Assembly (NCBI GenBank): GCA_023920165.1
Contig: CP089276.1
Coordinates: 2,108,001 to 2,172,000 of the forward strand
From: Curvularia clavata
Taxonomy: Eukaryota
Direction: 5' to 3'
Length of the DNA stretch: 64,000 bases
Of this stretch, positions 47,876 through 59,746 are shown one piece after another (within the stretch, counting starts at the first letter, position 1; each line of letters begins with the position of its first letter). Below the pieces are notes generated by a model that worked only from the letters and a program-made list of their open reading frames with translations, was not told where the DNA came from and did not search any database. The translations under genes and the position numbers were made by a program.

Positions 47876-48704
47876 CAGAAAATTAAGTCGCCCATGTTTG
47901 CTTGCAGACGGACGCGTCCATGTACCAAAATATACCCTATTAGACCTTGGCTTGATTGGGCAGCCTGTCGTGACTATGATGAATTGAGAAGAGACATTGC
48001 TGGCGACAAGGAGTATCCTGTCTCGAGGTATGGATCGTGCGCCCAATGAAGAGGGCAACCTGGCACGTCGCATATGTTTTGGTATGGTGTTATGCCCCTA
48101 ATTGAAAAAGCATTGGCGGGGAAAAGTAAGATCAATGCTCAGGCGCCCGAGATTGTACGGCACATTCAGAGAGATCTGAAACACGCCGTTGGTGGGCACT
48201 CCGGAGAAGCAAACGTAAGCAGATGGCGATTGTTTACCATGTCGACGACAAGACAACAAGGGCGGCGAGAGATGACGATATGGATCGAGGCAGCGCGCGC
48301 GTGTGGGGACCGAGAACAGATGGCTTGTGACGTGACGGCTAGCTCTGCATGACACCGTTATCCACGTGGATCTCCGCAGTCCGGCTCCGTTGTGGTGGCT
48401 TGGGCGCAGTGGTGGAGGTGGGGCGAGGCGAGTCTGCAACGGCGGGAGAGCCCCTGCAGCAACAACAGACGTGAGATGAGATGCTGGGGGGCTATTGCGG
48501 GCCGTACGGTCCTGCCCTTTGTACTTTCCCCTTTCACCCATGCCTACTTAGTCGCCCGTCCTCCCGCCTTTTGCTTGTTTACCTACTACACACAAACATC
48601 AATCCGCATTGCGCGCTCCCTTCCACCACCCGCCTGAGCCCGCCACTGCGCAAGCATCCACCATCCATATCCATAGCAGCAATTAGCACAACAATTCCGG
48701 CGCC

Positions 48705-50454
48705 ATGACACTTCGCGACACGTACGCCAGATTCCTGGTCGCGCCCTCGACAGGCGCTCTTGCCGACAATGCCTCGCTCCATTATGTCACGACTACGACC
48801 AGCATCAACGATGCTGCCGCCATTATCAAGCACCTGTCGGTCCAGGAGAAGCTGCTCAAAAAGACCAAACAGAACATCCTCGATGCCATTGAGGGCAGTC
48901 GCGCCTTGAGCGTCGATGTGGAGACGACCATTGAGTTTACCAACGGCGGCGGCGCATATCTCCCTGGTCTAGACGACAACTTTGTCTCAGACCAGACCGT
49001 CACATTTCCCATGGTACGCATTGGCCTTCATCCATAGCTCTGGCGCACATAGCCGACTCTGACACTACCCAGGTTCACATGGTACACTTTGACCAGTCAG
49101 GCAAGATCACACAGATTCGTCAATACTGGGATCAGGGCTCGCTGCTCAAACAGATCGACGTCATCGGCGCGCGATCGCGCAACTGGCCTATTCGGGACGG
49201 CAGCGAACAACTGCGCCTGATATCTGCCAATGCGGCCGCTTCTCTGCCCGAATCTGCGGCTTCGTCGCGCCCCACAACCGCTACGTCCCGAGGCGCGGAT
49301 GAAGTATCCATCTCCTCGCGTTCGCGGGGATCGACAAGCAATGCCATGAATGATCCGCACGCCTCGCTTTCACTGTTTGCACCGCGTGAGACAGATGAAG
49401 AACCATCCTACCCATCCCAGCCCGTTGCACCTCGTGCACAATCCGCCAAACCTCCGCCACGCGAATACAACGAGTTGTTTGCTGCCGCCAACGAGGGCTC
49501 GCCAACCCCGCAAGAGAAGATCCCAGTCAAAGCAGGCGCTGGAAAGAATTACAGGTCCAACCGCCTGTTTGAGGAGGACGAAGAAGAGGCAACCAGGCGT
49601 GTGCCCACGAGCGTCAAGACAAACTCAAAGAAGTACGACCACTTCCAATTTGGTGACGGTGAAGAGACACCAAGGGCTCCAGAAGCCCTGCGACCAACCA
49701 GGCAGACTCGCCTTAAGAACTCTTCGCATTGGGACTTTGACGACTTCGCTACTCCTGACAAACCCAAGTCCAAAACCAATCCCCAGGCTGTTCGACACTT
49801 TGGATGGAGCGACGATGAGGTTAGTTTTGCCTCTGCTAGCTGATTGAGGAACAATGCACTAACATGACTTGACTGCAGGACGAAGGATCACCTGTCCGTC
49901 GCCCAATAGTCCACAAGGCCCGCCCTGATGCCGATCCACACTTTGAATTCAACGACGACGGCACCCCAGACGCCCAGCGCACAATTCCTGTCAAGGGTGG
50001 ACGAGGAAACAAGGGCCAGGGTCTCTACGAGGACCATGTCACCAACACGACTGACGATGCCAACGATGGGGCGGTCAAGGGAGACTCCAAGCGCGCGCTC
50101 AACGACGTGACGACGGTTGTCAGCAACAAGAACCGTGACAAGGACTTTGGCTCGCAGTGGGAGATGACTGACAACAGCCCTGGCGTTGGCAAGAACGATG
50201 CCGCAAAGTCGAAACAAGCTGTTCGCAGCTCGATGAAAACACACTGGGGCACACATGCCGATTCACCTGACAGCCGCGGAATCAATATTGCAGGCAACGG
50301 AATGGGCGGCCGTAAGGGTACCGAAGCAGCGTGGTCACTGTTCGACGAGAGTCCGGCTAAGAAGGAGAACACGACTCGAGCCGCGGGTATTAAGACGGAA
50401 GGTGACGGCATGGGTGGACGGAAAACAGCCGACAAGTCTTTCTGGGACTTTTAA
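48705..50454 (+). CDS. Conserved fungal protein with N-terminal NTF2/SnoaL-like domain and disordered tail; introns 49014-49072 and 49820-49878
   Basis: GGGAYLPGLDDNF..D..VTFPM|VHMVHFD..GKI.QIRQYWDQGSLLKQ; the three exons join in frame via canonical introns. Confidence 0.75.
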
Positions 50455-50754
50455 ACCGCAACTTCCGTTTCCGTTTCTTCCTTGTCGACAGATCGGTCGA
50501 TTGATTGATTTACTTGCCTTCAACTTGATACCTAGTCTTCTTCTTCTTCGTTTTTGTTTCGGCTTCCTCTATCCTAGTGGGAGTGGTCCAGCCACACGAC
50601 TTTTGTTAACAACAGATGCCTCTCCCATTTTGACGATCTGCATGTGGTCTAGGTGATGGGCGTACAAGAGACTGGGTGAGCATTTGGCATGTACATAAGT
50701 CTTTGTTTAGTCTTGTTTTTTTTGTACACATGTAGAGTCTGTTCACCATAGCAC

Positions 50755-52170
50755 TCATTGACCTTCAACATGACCACTCTCCCCAATCGTATCCCTTGTA
50801 AAGACGACCTCCAGCTCATCTCCCACCCTCCCATTATCTATATCCCCATCCCATGGCAAAAACTTGACCGCAGCCTGCAGACCCATGCGCTTCCCCAGCT
50901 TCTTCCGCTGCTCAAGTGGTATCCTGTTCCTCATACCCTCCCACACGGCGCGAAACGCCTCGCCCTGGCCCTCGCGCTCCACCTCTTGTCCATCATCTGG
51001 GTTATCGAACCACACACCGGCGTCCACCATACGCAGCAAGTCATCCGTGGGCTCCATGGACGCCCAGATATCTGTTGGTGCATACCTCACACGCACTTGG
51101 TCAAGAGGCGTCGAGTCAGGCGTACCAGATACGAGAGGCGAAATCAGCATGAGCAGCGCGTGGACACAGACTTGGATCCAGTAGCGGATTTTCACAGGCA
51201 GCGCGTATCCAGGGCGTGACAGGTTGCGGTGGTGGTACGACTCGCGGGATATGAAGGCTAGAGGGAGAGTGATGCTACTGAGGTTGAAGGTAGGGGAGGC
51301 AAGGTAGGTAAAGAGAGGCGTTACTTCTAGCGAGACGAGGAGATCGAGTTTGGTGGCAATGTCGGCGGCGGAAGCTTCGTGGACGGGATCTCGTGTTGGA
51401 TCGGTGAAGGGGTAGTGGGTTGAGAAGCCAAAGGGGTCGTTTGGATTAGGCGGCTGCGATGCACTAGATTGACGGAACGAAGGGTACAAAGGCATATTCG
51501 GGGGGTCGTATAGATTGTCGTCGTAGTGTTGGCCTTCGTGATCGTATTCGTCGTAGTGTCCGTTGTAGTATGCGCCGCGGATGTAGTCGACGTCGACTTC
51601 GACTTGGTCGTACTCCCAGTACTCGTCTGCCCTGCCCTCGTCTCGCTCTGGCGGATAGTTGCGCAGATTAGGTAGTGTTTCCCAATCTAGCTGGATCTTC
51701 TTCAGCCACCTGAGCCATTGTCGGCCAGGACCGTTTGGCTCTTCAATCTTTTCGAATAACGTTTTGAGCACAAAAGGCCCACAGCTTAAGTAAACCGTGT
51801 GCCGCTTGAAGAGAACCTCGAGCGCTTCACGAGCGACTTGGCGGTTGAGAAGGAAGTAGTCATGGCGGGTCACGAGAAGAATGGCAGCAGCACTGGGTTG
51901 GAAATACTTCAGATTGCGCCGCTCGATGGGCCGCTGGCAACGGGGGTTCTGAGCAGCAAAGGTATAGTCGTATATCTATTACCTTGTTAGCCATGCGGCT
52001 GTGTGGGCGCGTGCATGAATGATGGAAGCGCCTACTTGGTCTCTGAGTTCTCGAGGCAGCCTGAGGAAGGGAAAAATGGCTTGCTGTGGCGATACGTCCT
52101 CGCCCTCATGTTTTACTTGTGCTGCGGCAACATGGTACTGATTTGGCGCATGGAACGCATCGACGGCCAT
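50755..52170 (-). CDS. Hypothetical protein with F-box-like N-terminal motif; intron 51976-52035
   Basis: FPFLRLPRELRDQ|IYDY formed by GTAGGC...CTAAC...TAG splicing, followed by LLNRQVAREALEVLF; joins the 372-aa ORF. Confidence 0.75.
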
Positions 52171-52742
52171 TTTGCACACCTTTTTTTCCCCCGGGACGAC
52201 GCGTCTTGTTCGGGTCTGCAGAACCAAGCCTTGCCCCGCAAGCCAGCAGCTGGATGAGCCTCCGAGACCCAGGTTCCCCGCCACGGACGATCTTCACGTG
52301 ATTGCGGTTTTTCAGATGCCGCTATCCCCTGTCGTGCGGCAGCATGGCGGTGCAAGCGCCTGACACAGACCTTGGAAGAACGGGCCGACTTGTGCCTGTA
52401 ATGACTTTCATGCGCGTAGCGTCCCGTTTCCTCGGGTCGCTAGCTAGTCGCGTCAGTGGAGACCCTCGTGCTTGGCAAAGCCGTAGAGGCCGAGTGTTGT
52501 TGTACTAGATGCGTGAGGCATTCGCCTCCGAGAAAGTTTCTTGACCTTCCGCGACTACGAAACAGGCTTCTTTCAAGGCGCCCAACATAGTCGAGGCCAG
52601 AAGGAGATGGGCGTATGTTCGAGCACATGAAGGCCAGAACTCGGGCCGGGTAGCACACTTGAATCTGGGGGTCAGCGCTGCAGGGCTGCTCGGCTCCATT
52701 GATTGTAGACACATTGCCTGTTCAGGTACAGTCGGTCAGTCA

Positions 52743-52781
<39 letters not shown>
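52743..52781. repeat. (TGT)13 microsatellite
   Basis: Perfect trinucleotide run. Confidence 0.95.
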
Positions 52782-54612
52782 CGACGACGACGTTGGTTCT
52801 CGGCCGCACGGGTTCCACCACCAACAAGCATGCAGAGACGAGGTGCATGCAACTGTGGTATGAGGGACGGGTCGGCAATCATCTCGTTTCGTCGGTCCTG
52901 GCTAGTTAGCGCCGAGCTGACTTGGATAGCACCAGCCCGAATTAGCCAAATTTGCAACGTTGGTTGAGAAGTTGGAGAGAAAACGGCAATAGAAAGCCCT
53001 TTAATTAATGCACAGCGGAGGTCATACGGGACGGTGAATGACTGGTGTTCCGTGTCAAGCGATAGCCAGTGTGCAATGGCCCGCTTGGAGTGGTCTTGCA
53101 TGTGTGCTACTGCCAGCGCCCCAACAGTTCCACCTATAACACGACAGCCTGCCAGCGGCTGGTATCCGCTCAGTGCACGACATGGGTCCTCCACGCCCAT
53201 CTGTTGTGCGAATCTGGCGCATGCGGATCACGTATGGAGCCATGAATGCCGAAAGGTGACATTGGACGGTAAAAGGTAACGATTAAGTTGGGCAAGGCAT
53301 GCCGTGGCCTGCATGTGATGGTCGGAACTTTGACTGCTCTACGCCTCTGAACCGGCCGTCGCTTGCAAGGTGCAGGGGTGTCTATGGTCTATGGCTTTAG
53401 CCTTTTTTTTTTCTCTTCGCCTCCATATCGACGTACTTGTCGTGTAGCCCTGCATGTGCAACGGCGTTTCTGTGTGATGAAACGTACGTCTCTTTCCACC
53501 CAGTGACGCTGTTTCTGTAACTTGGAAAGATTCCAATGTACAATGCGGAGCCATGACGACTCAAAACTAACGGGGACATGTGGTACAGGGACGGCGAGTG
53601 GGCACATGTCAGAGGAACAGAGACAAGCGCACAACTATGACGATGAGGTGATGACAAGGGCCAGGGTACTTGTCATGACGACTACTTGATTCTAGATCTG
53701 CATACAAGACGGATCCGATCCGATCAGACAGTGGGTGGTCAAGGACAAAACATGAATTGACACCTGACACAAGGGCGTTGTATGCATGGACCCGGTTGCC
53801 GGGTGTGCCTGAGGTGGCACTGTCGAGTCGAGTACAGTGCGAGGAGGAAAGCAAGACATGCAAGCGTGGTGTAGAGCGTGGTGGGTGTCGGGGCTGGCCA
53901 CTAATGCTGAGGTGTTAGAAGGAGGTTTAGACTTTTTTGGTTGTGTAACCTGAGGTTAGTGATGACACGGATACTTTGTCGTTGTGCCTGGCGGGCGTGT
54001 TAGGGGCGCCGGGATGGCGATGGTAGAGACAGGGATAGATGAGAACCTTCCCAGTTGAGCGAAGGAGCGGTTTCAACGTCTGGCTGGGCTATGTGGGCTG
54101 GGCACGAGACGGAGACGTGGAGGATGAGGGAGTGTGTGGATTCAGGGTACTATGCAAAGCAGAGGAGAAACATCGGACCGGTAGCGTAGTATGGGACCAA
54201 TAGGGCCGGGTAGGGTGGCATAATTTTTGTTTGGCTTGGGCGTGCAACCCAGTTCAGACGGAGTTCCGAGTCCATCGGCAGGCAGACACATGTGTAGCAC
54301 TGGGGCGAGATGGGGATTGTGATGGCGTTGCTGTGTGACTGGCGACAGCAGAGAGGGCGAGGGTGGATCTGCATGCATACGAGAGGCGCGGGCAGAAGAC
54401 GGCCGGGGCTGGGGCTGGGCTGGAGCGACGGGAGCTTGCGGCAGGGATGGCAGGAGTGAATGGCAGAGGTGCATGTGGGCGCGTGGATCGGGGGGATGAG
54501 GAACGTGGAGGGATTCCGTTTGGCGCGGCATGGCTGCAGTGGCTGCAGTGGCGGCGAGGCAGGAAGGCGCTAGGCGGCGACGAGGGAAGGCGTGGCCACG
54601 TCTTTCTGAGGT

Positions 54613-54738
54613 AGGCAGGCGCAGGCAGAGGCAGAGGCAGAGGCAGAGGCAGAGGCAGGCGCAAAGGGCCTAGTGCGGCGGCAGAGGGGCAGAGGGGCAG
54701 AGGGGCAGAGGGCAGGGCGGGCAGAGCGGGCAGAGGGG
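54613..54738 (+). repeat. (GGCAGA)n and (GGGGCAGA)n purine-rich tandem repeats
   Basis: A hexamer run near 54624-54658 is followed by octamer-type repeats with eight G-tracts at 54686-54738. Confidence 0.9.
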
Positions 54739-55703
54739 CGTCAGCATGGCTGTTGTCGCAGCATCAACTTGGGCCCCGGCGCAGTCGCCGGTTGGGTGGC
54801 AGATAGCGCGTCCTCGTGGCAGTACAGTACATGGCAGCAGGCAGGGCAGCCAAGAACAACGACAGGCCGTCCATGTCCACCGGGTCCTACCATGTCGCCC
54901 TCCCGTGTCCGGTACTCGACTGTACATACTTGTACATGCACCCGCACACAAACCCTCTCTCCTCGCACACGCATCGCTGCCACGCCCGGCCACGTGGTGC
55001 GCTGCTGTGTGCAGTCGGCTTGCCCCCCACCGCCCAGTCGCCTGCGCGCGACGGGCTGGAGCAGCGTTTGTAGCGCGGGCACCAGTTCGCGCGCTGGGCC
55101 AGGGTGAAAGTGCAGCTAGCCGCCGCTAGCCCGCCTGCTGAGATACACGAGGCCTCGATTGAACGATTTCCCACGTGTGCTGAACAAGTCTGCTCCGCGC
55201 TAGCATATCCATTAATTGGCTGTGCCCTGGCCCTGTCGTCCACTCCGCCAGACACTCGCACCTTGGACTCGACCCAAGCCGTCCTTGGCCCTCAGATACT
55301 TTGTCCTCTCCCGCCTGTCCTCGCTCCCTTCTGCCACCCCGTCGCACATACTTTGCTGCGTGCCCGCCATCCCCCGGCTGCCCGCTGCTTGGTTGTGCTG
55401 CCTGCTCGTGTCCTCTTCCACCCCTCGACTCGTCTCGCCCCTGCCGCTGCCACTGCCACTGCCTCTCTGCTTTTCTGCTACTTTTCTTCTCCATCCATCC
55501 CTCCCCCCAACTGTCCTCGCAGAATGCACTAAGACCTGGTCATCTGTCCAGTGTATTCAGCGCCCAACTACTTTCTTCTGTGCCACGCGCGCCTATCACT
55601 TACACAAACTTGGCTGCTAGTCGCGCCTGGCTTTCTTTTCTCTCCTCGCCTCGCCTCGCCTCGCCTCTCCTAGGCTAGTAGTAGGGCTTCAAGCTCATCG
55701 TGT

Positions 55704-55773
55704 GTACGCCGCCAACTCCCCTCACCCAGCAGCAGCAGCAGCAGCAGCAGTTCACCTGCTAACATCTCCCTAG
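55704..55773 (+). other. Probable 5'-UTR intron of the bHLH gene, containing (CAG)8
   Basis: GTACGC donor, (CAG)8 at 55727-55750, GCTAAC branch, CCCTAG acceptor. The donor choice is uncertain. Confidence 0.5.
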
Positions 55774-56473
55774 TCCGCCGCTTTCTGCCTCCAGCGCCCC
55801 CAACAACGACGCCCTTGCCTGGCACCTGCTGGTTGCACTCGACTGTCATCGTCCTCTTTCAAGATTCCTCCATTCGGACCCTGTGTACCAATTGGCCTTG
55901 CCTTCTGAAGCTCTCGTGGCAGCATTGCACCGCACGCACCAACCCACCCACGTAATCCGCTGCTCTGCCCTGCTCTGCCCTCGTGCTGCCTCTGCACCCG
56001 GGCCACGCAATTCCCTGTTCGTGCTCGCCCTCGCCCGTTCGCGTGTTGCCTCGTTTCGTCGCATCGTGCCTGCTCGCTGACTTGGTCCTAGGCTTGGCGT
56101 CAATTGCTCTTGCCCCACTTGATTGCCTGCCACTCCCTCGTTGGACGAGGCGCAAAGCACCCCTTGACCATCCCTTCCACCCCGCGTCGCGCTGACATCG
56201 TCGCTCCACGCTTCTGCCATTTGTCGATCCTTGGGACGCTGTCGCCTTCATCATTACTTGTCGACCCATTCTTTGCACCGCGCCTCTGGCCCTGGCCCTG
56301 GCCTGTTTCCATTTCCCTCTCTTCTCTTCTCCGCCTCCTTATTGGCTCCGTCATCTCGTCACCACTCGACCCCATCAACCACTGCCCATCAACTGGGCAT
56401 TTCGCTAACGCAAAGGCCACTCTCCACACGACTATTAAACCGCCTGCTCGTGCGTGAGCAAACCCCCTCAGCC

Positions 56474-58154
56474 ATGGATTCAGCAGCGCAACCGCGAGCG
56501 CAGCATGGCAATGGTGTGCCGCATGGCAAACTGCCACAAGGTCAGCAATCACTGCCACCTTTGTCATCCCTCACCAACGGTCTCTCCACCGCCGACCAAA
56601 CTCCGCTCCAATCCAAGCAACAGCTGGACAACCGAGACGTTCGCGACTCGGGTAACTGGTCTATTGCTCCAAGCAAGCGTAAGCGCCCAAAGACTGTTGG
56701 TCATCTACATGTTGTGCTAACATGCACCCTAGACTCGTCTACCGTCTCCCAGCACATGGGACTGCAAGTACAAACTCTGCTGAACCCGTCGGAAGACTCA
56801 CCCTCACGTGCCTCTATCCCCGAGACCCCGTCCTCGGCCAGGTATCCTTCGGGCTTTTCTCAGTCTTCCCAGGTATGTCGTTGAACCATTGTATTACGAC
56901 TTCGTCTGACAAGACACAGCCCAATGCTTTGCCATCTCTTAACCAAGGTTTCGACAACAGACTGAGCGTCGATGCTGGTTCCCATCTCGAGTCCCGGCGC
57001 AGTAGTGTTGACAGCCGGGTCAACGTTGGCATGGGCACTTTGAGCTTGCATCCACAGTCACCCTACGAGAGCCAGAATGCTTCCCGCGTCTCGCTTGTCT
57101 CGAACCTTCAGCAGCAAAGGGGCATCGCTAACCCCGAGTCTCGTCCTAATGGCACTTCTCCACTCTCGCCAAACCGTAATGGTCCGCCTCCGCGACGCGC
57201 TCCTGTCATCACCCCAAACCCCAAAAGTGTATCCGGTGCACCCAACCCGACCGCATCGGCACCAACCAAGGGATATGCTTGGGCCTTCCCCGCAGATGAT
57301 TTTGAGGAAGACCAGATGGCCTCCAGCAGCGGTGAGTCTAGCATTGATCGCTCAAACGTGCCTTCGCGTCAAAACAGTATTGCCACGTCCATCAACAGTA
57401 GCATCTACACTACTGATTCAAGATTGCCGCAAGGACAAAAACGGCTAGATGATGGCATGCCACCCAGTCTGTCTCATATTGCATTACTGACTGTTCCAGA
57501 TATTCCCAGTACCCATCATCACTCCATGCAACACCGCAACGTTACCAACCTCCAGAGTGCGGATGCTGCAAACGCCTTGACGCCCGGCGGTGGAAGTTAC
57601 AGTCGCACTCCTGAGCTTCGCGTCAGTCACAAGATGGCCGAGCGAAAGCGAAGGAGCGAGATGAAGCATCTCTTTGAAGACTTGAATAACATCCTGCCCA
57701 ACTCGCCTGGAAGCAAGTCTAGCAAGTGGGAGATACTCACCAAAGGCAAGTCTCGCTACGCCTTTTTCTTGCATCTTTTTCTAACAAATTACTAGCCATT
57801 GATCATATCAATAGTCTTAGAGGTGCACAAGCAGGTTTCCACAAAGAAATCAACCGCCTACGACGGACTCAAGAAGAGAACGAGCTGCTGCGTTCCGAAT
57901 TGACTGCCGTTTGGAATGCCCTCCGTCGTGCCGATCCCAACAACGCGCACGTCTACGGAAGTATGACTGGTCATCTTGCCCAAGGCCATCCTGCTACGCC
58001 TGGTTCTTCCACCAACATGCTTCCACCACTACAGCAGCAACAGCAAGCCCAACCCCAGGCCCATCCACAGTCTCCCTGGGCCCCGTCACACACGAACGCC
58101 ATGCAAGGCGTCGAGTTTGGCGGAATGCGGCCATACGAACATTCTCATCGCTAA
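56474..58154 (+). CDS. bHLH transcription factor, Esc1/DevR-like; introns 56679-56732, 56873-56919, 57455-57499 (GC-AG, probable) and 57746-57795 (GC-AG)
   Basis: YSRTPELRVSHKMAERKRRSEMK.LF..L...LP...G.KSSKWEILTK|AIDHI bHLH followed by a short zipper; also RDSGNWS and SRRSSVDSR motifs. Confidence 0.88.
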
Positions 58155-59746
58155 GTTCGCCCTCTTCCTCTCAGGACAGGCGAAACGTTTCATCTTATCA
58201 ACTTGTCCCCAGGCCCTGTCCTAGGTAGTCTTTGGAGTGACAAGCATCTGTGCCGACATTCTCGAGACAGCATTGGGTCCAAACATGCAATGCATGCAGG
58301 GCGCTTACCTTGTTTGTTTATATTGTCCGTTTATCTTGGCTGCTTACCTTCTTCTTTATCAGCAAGCAACTTGAAGCGGATGTGCTTTCCACTTTTTTAC
58401 ACCGACTCGAGTAGATGCTTCGGTCATTACATGGCTGTTCGCCATCTCGGAGCAAGGTGTGAAATCCTTCCCAATGTGCTTGACGAGTCTTTTTTTCCGG
58501 CATCAACAATTATCATGGCATGGCCTTGGCGGCATTTTCTTGCTCTTTACAAAGCGCTTCTACTCCTACATGGACCTGAGGCTTGGCTTTGCAGGAGGAG
58601 ATTCCCACTTGACGAACTGGACAACACTGACGCCCCCCTTTCTTTCCTGGCGGGCTTTCAGACTAACCCAGAAGACTCAACCCGGCATGCTATGGCTCTG
58701 TACCTCTAGTCTGTTGAAGGGAATGATGGAATGCTCTCTGCATGTACCTGAACCCGAATGACTAGGGCAATCTTGACGACTAGGTTGTCTTGCAGTTTCC
58801 CCATTCTATGTGTACTATATTTCTTTTTTTAACAATCAACATCGAGTGGATCAACTCTGGCGGGTTTCAATCTCTAACGAGAGGGCATGGAGAGAACAAA
58901 AGTTATACATCAAAACATCAAAATGGATAATGTATCCACCAAAATGACTCGTTGTGTTGCAGTGATGTGATGTGTTTCGTTTGAATCGCGTGCCGTGCCG
59001 CGTGTTGTTTCGATTCGATTCGATTCGATTCATTTGTGCCTCGTGGTATTTGCCGTACGTACCATACTAAATTCAATGGAGAAACAAATGCCGAATTCTC
59101 GAGAGAGAAAGAAGAAGAAAAAAGGCCTCCCACCCCCCCACTCGCCCTTGCTTCAAACTAGATGGGCCCCACGTACCCACTTACATCCACACAAGCATTA
59201 GTGCTAGTGTGATCTTCTGTTTCTTGTCAAGAGGGAAACAAGTCCGGACCTGGTGCGAGTCGGACATGGGGAAAGGAGAAAAGGGCATTGTACCTTACTC
59301 GCATACACTAGTCTAGGTTGTCGATCCCGCCCCCGGCCTCGCTTTCTCGGTTTCGGGGCAAGAGAGCCGTTCTGAGTTGCTGAAAGAGGAAGGTGAAGCT
59401 GGAATGGAGTGGAGAATCGAAGGGCACAAGAGGTACCTGATGAAGTTTATCCTAATCTTTTCTCTCGCTTGGGTTGGACAAGGATAGGGCAGAGCAGTAG
59501 TGAGCAACGGCACGTGTGCATGCATGCGATGAGAGAAGACGTGTGAAGATCAGAGGCGTAGTGGGCATAGACGTGCTCTACCACCCACCGAAAAAAGTGT
59601 ATGTGTATGACATTAAATTTGCAAGATAACAAGAAGAAGTAGCGCAAACGTCTCAGTCTTCCTTTTTGCTACTATCCTACTATTTTTGTTTGAACAAAGA
59701 AAGAAAGTAAACAACGACAACAAGTCGAAGTACATAATGTGCAACT

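Noticed and set aside
52659..53200. Poly-Cys, poly-Gln and poly-Asn ORFs
   Set aside because: They are translations of the (TGT)13 microsatellite with no other coding signal.
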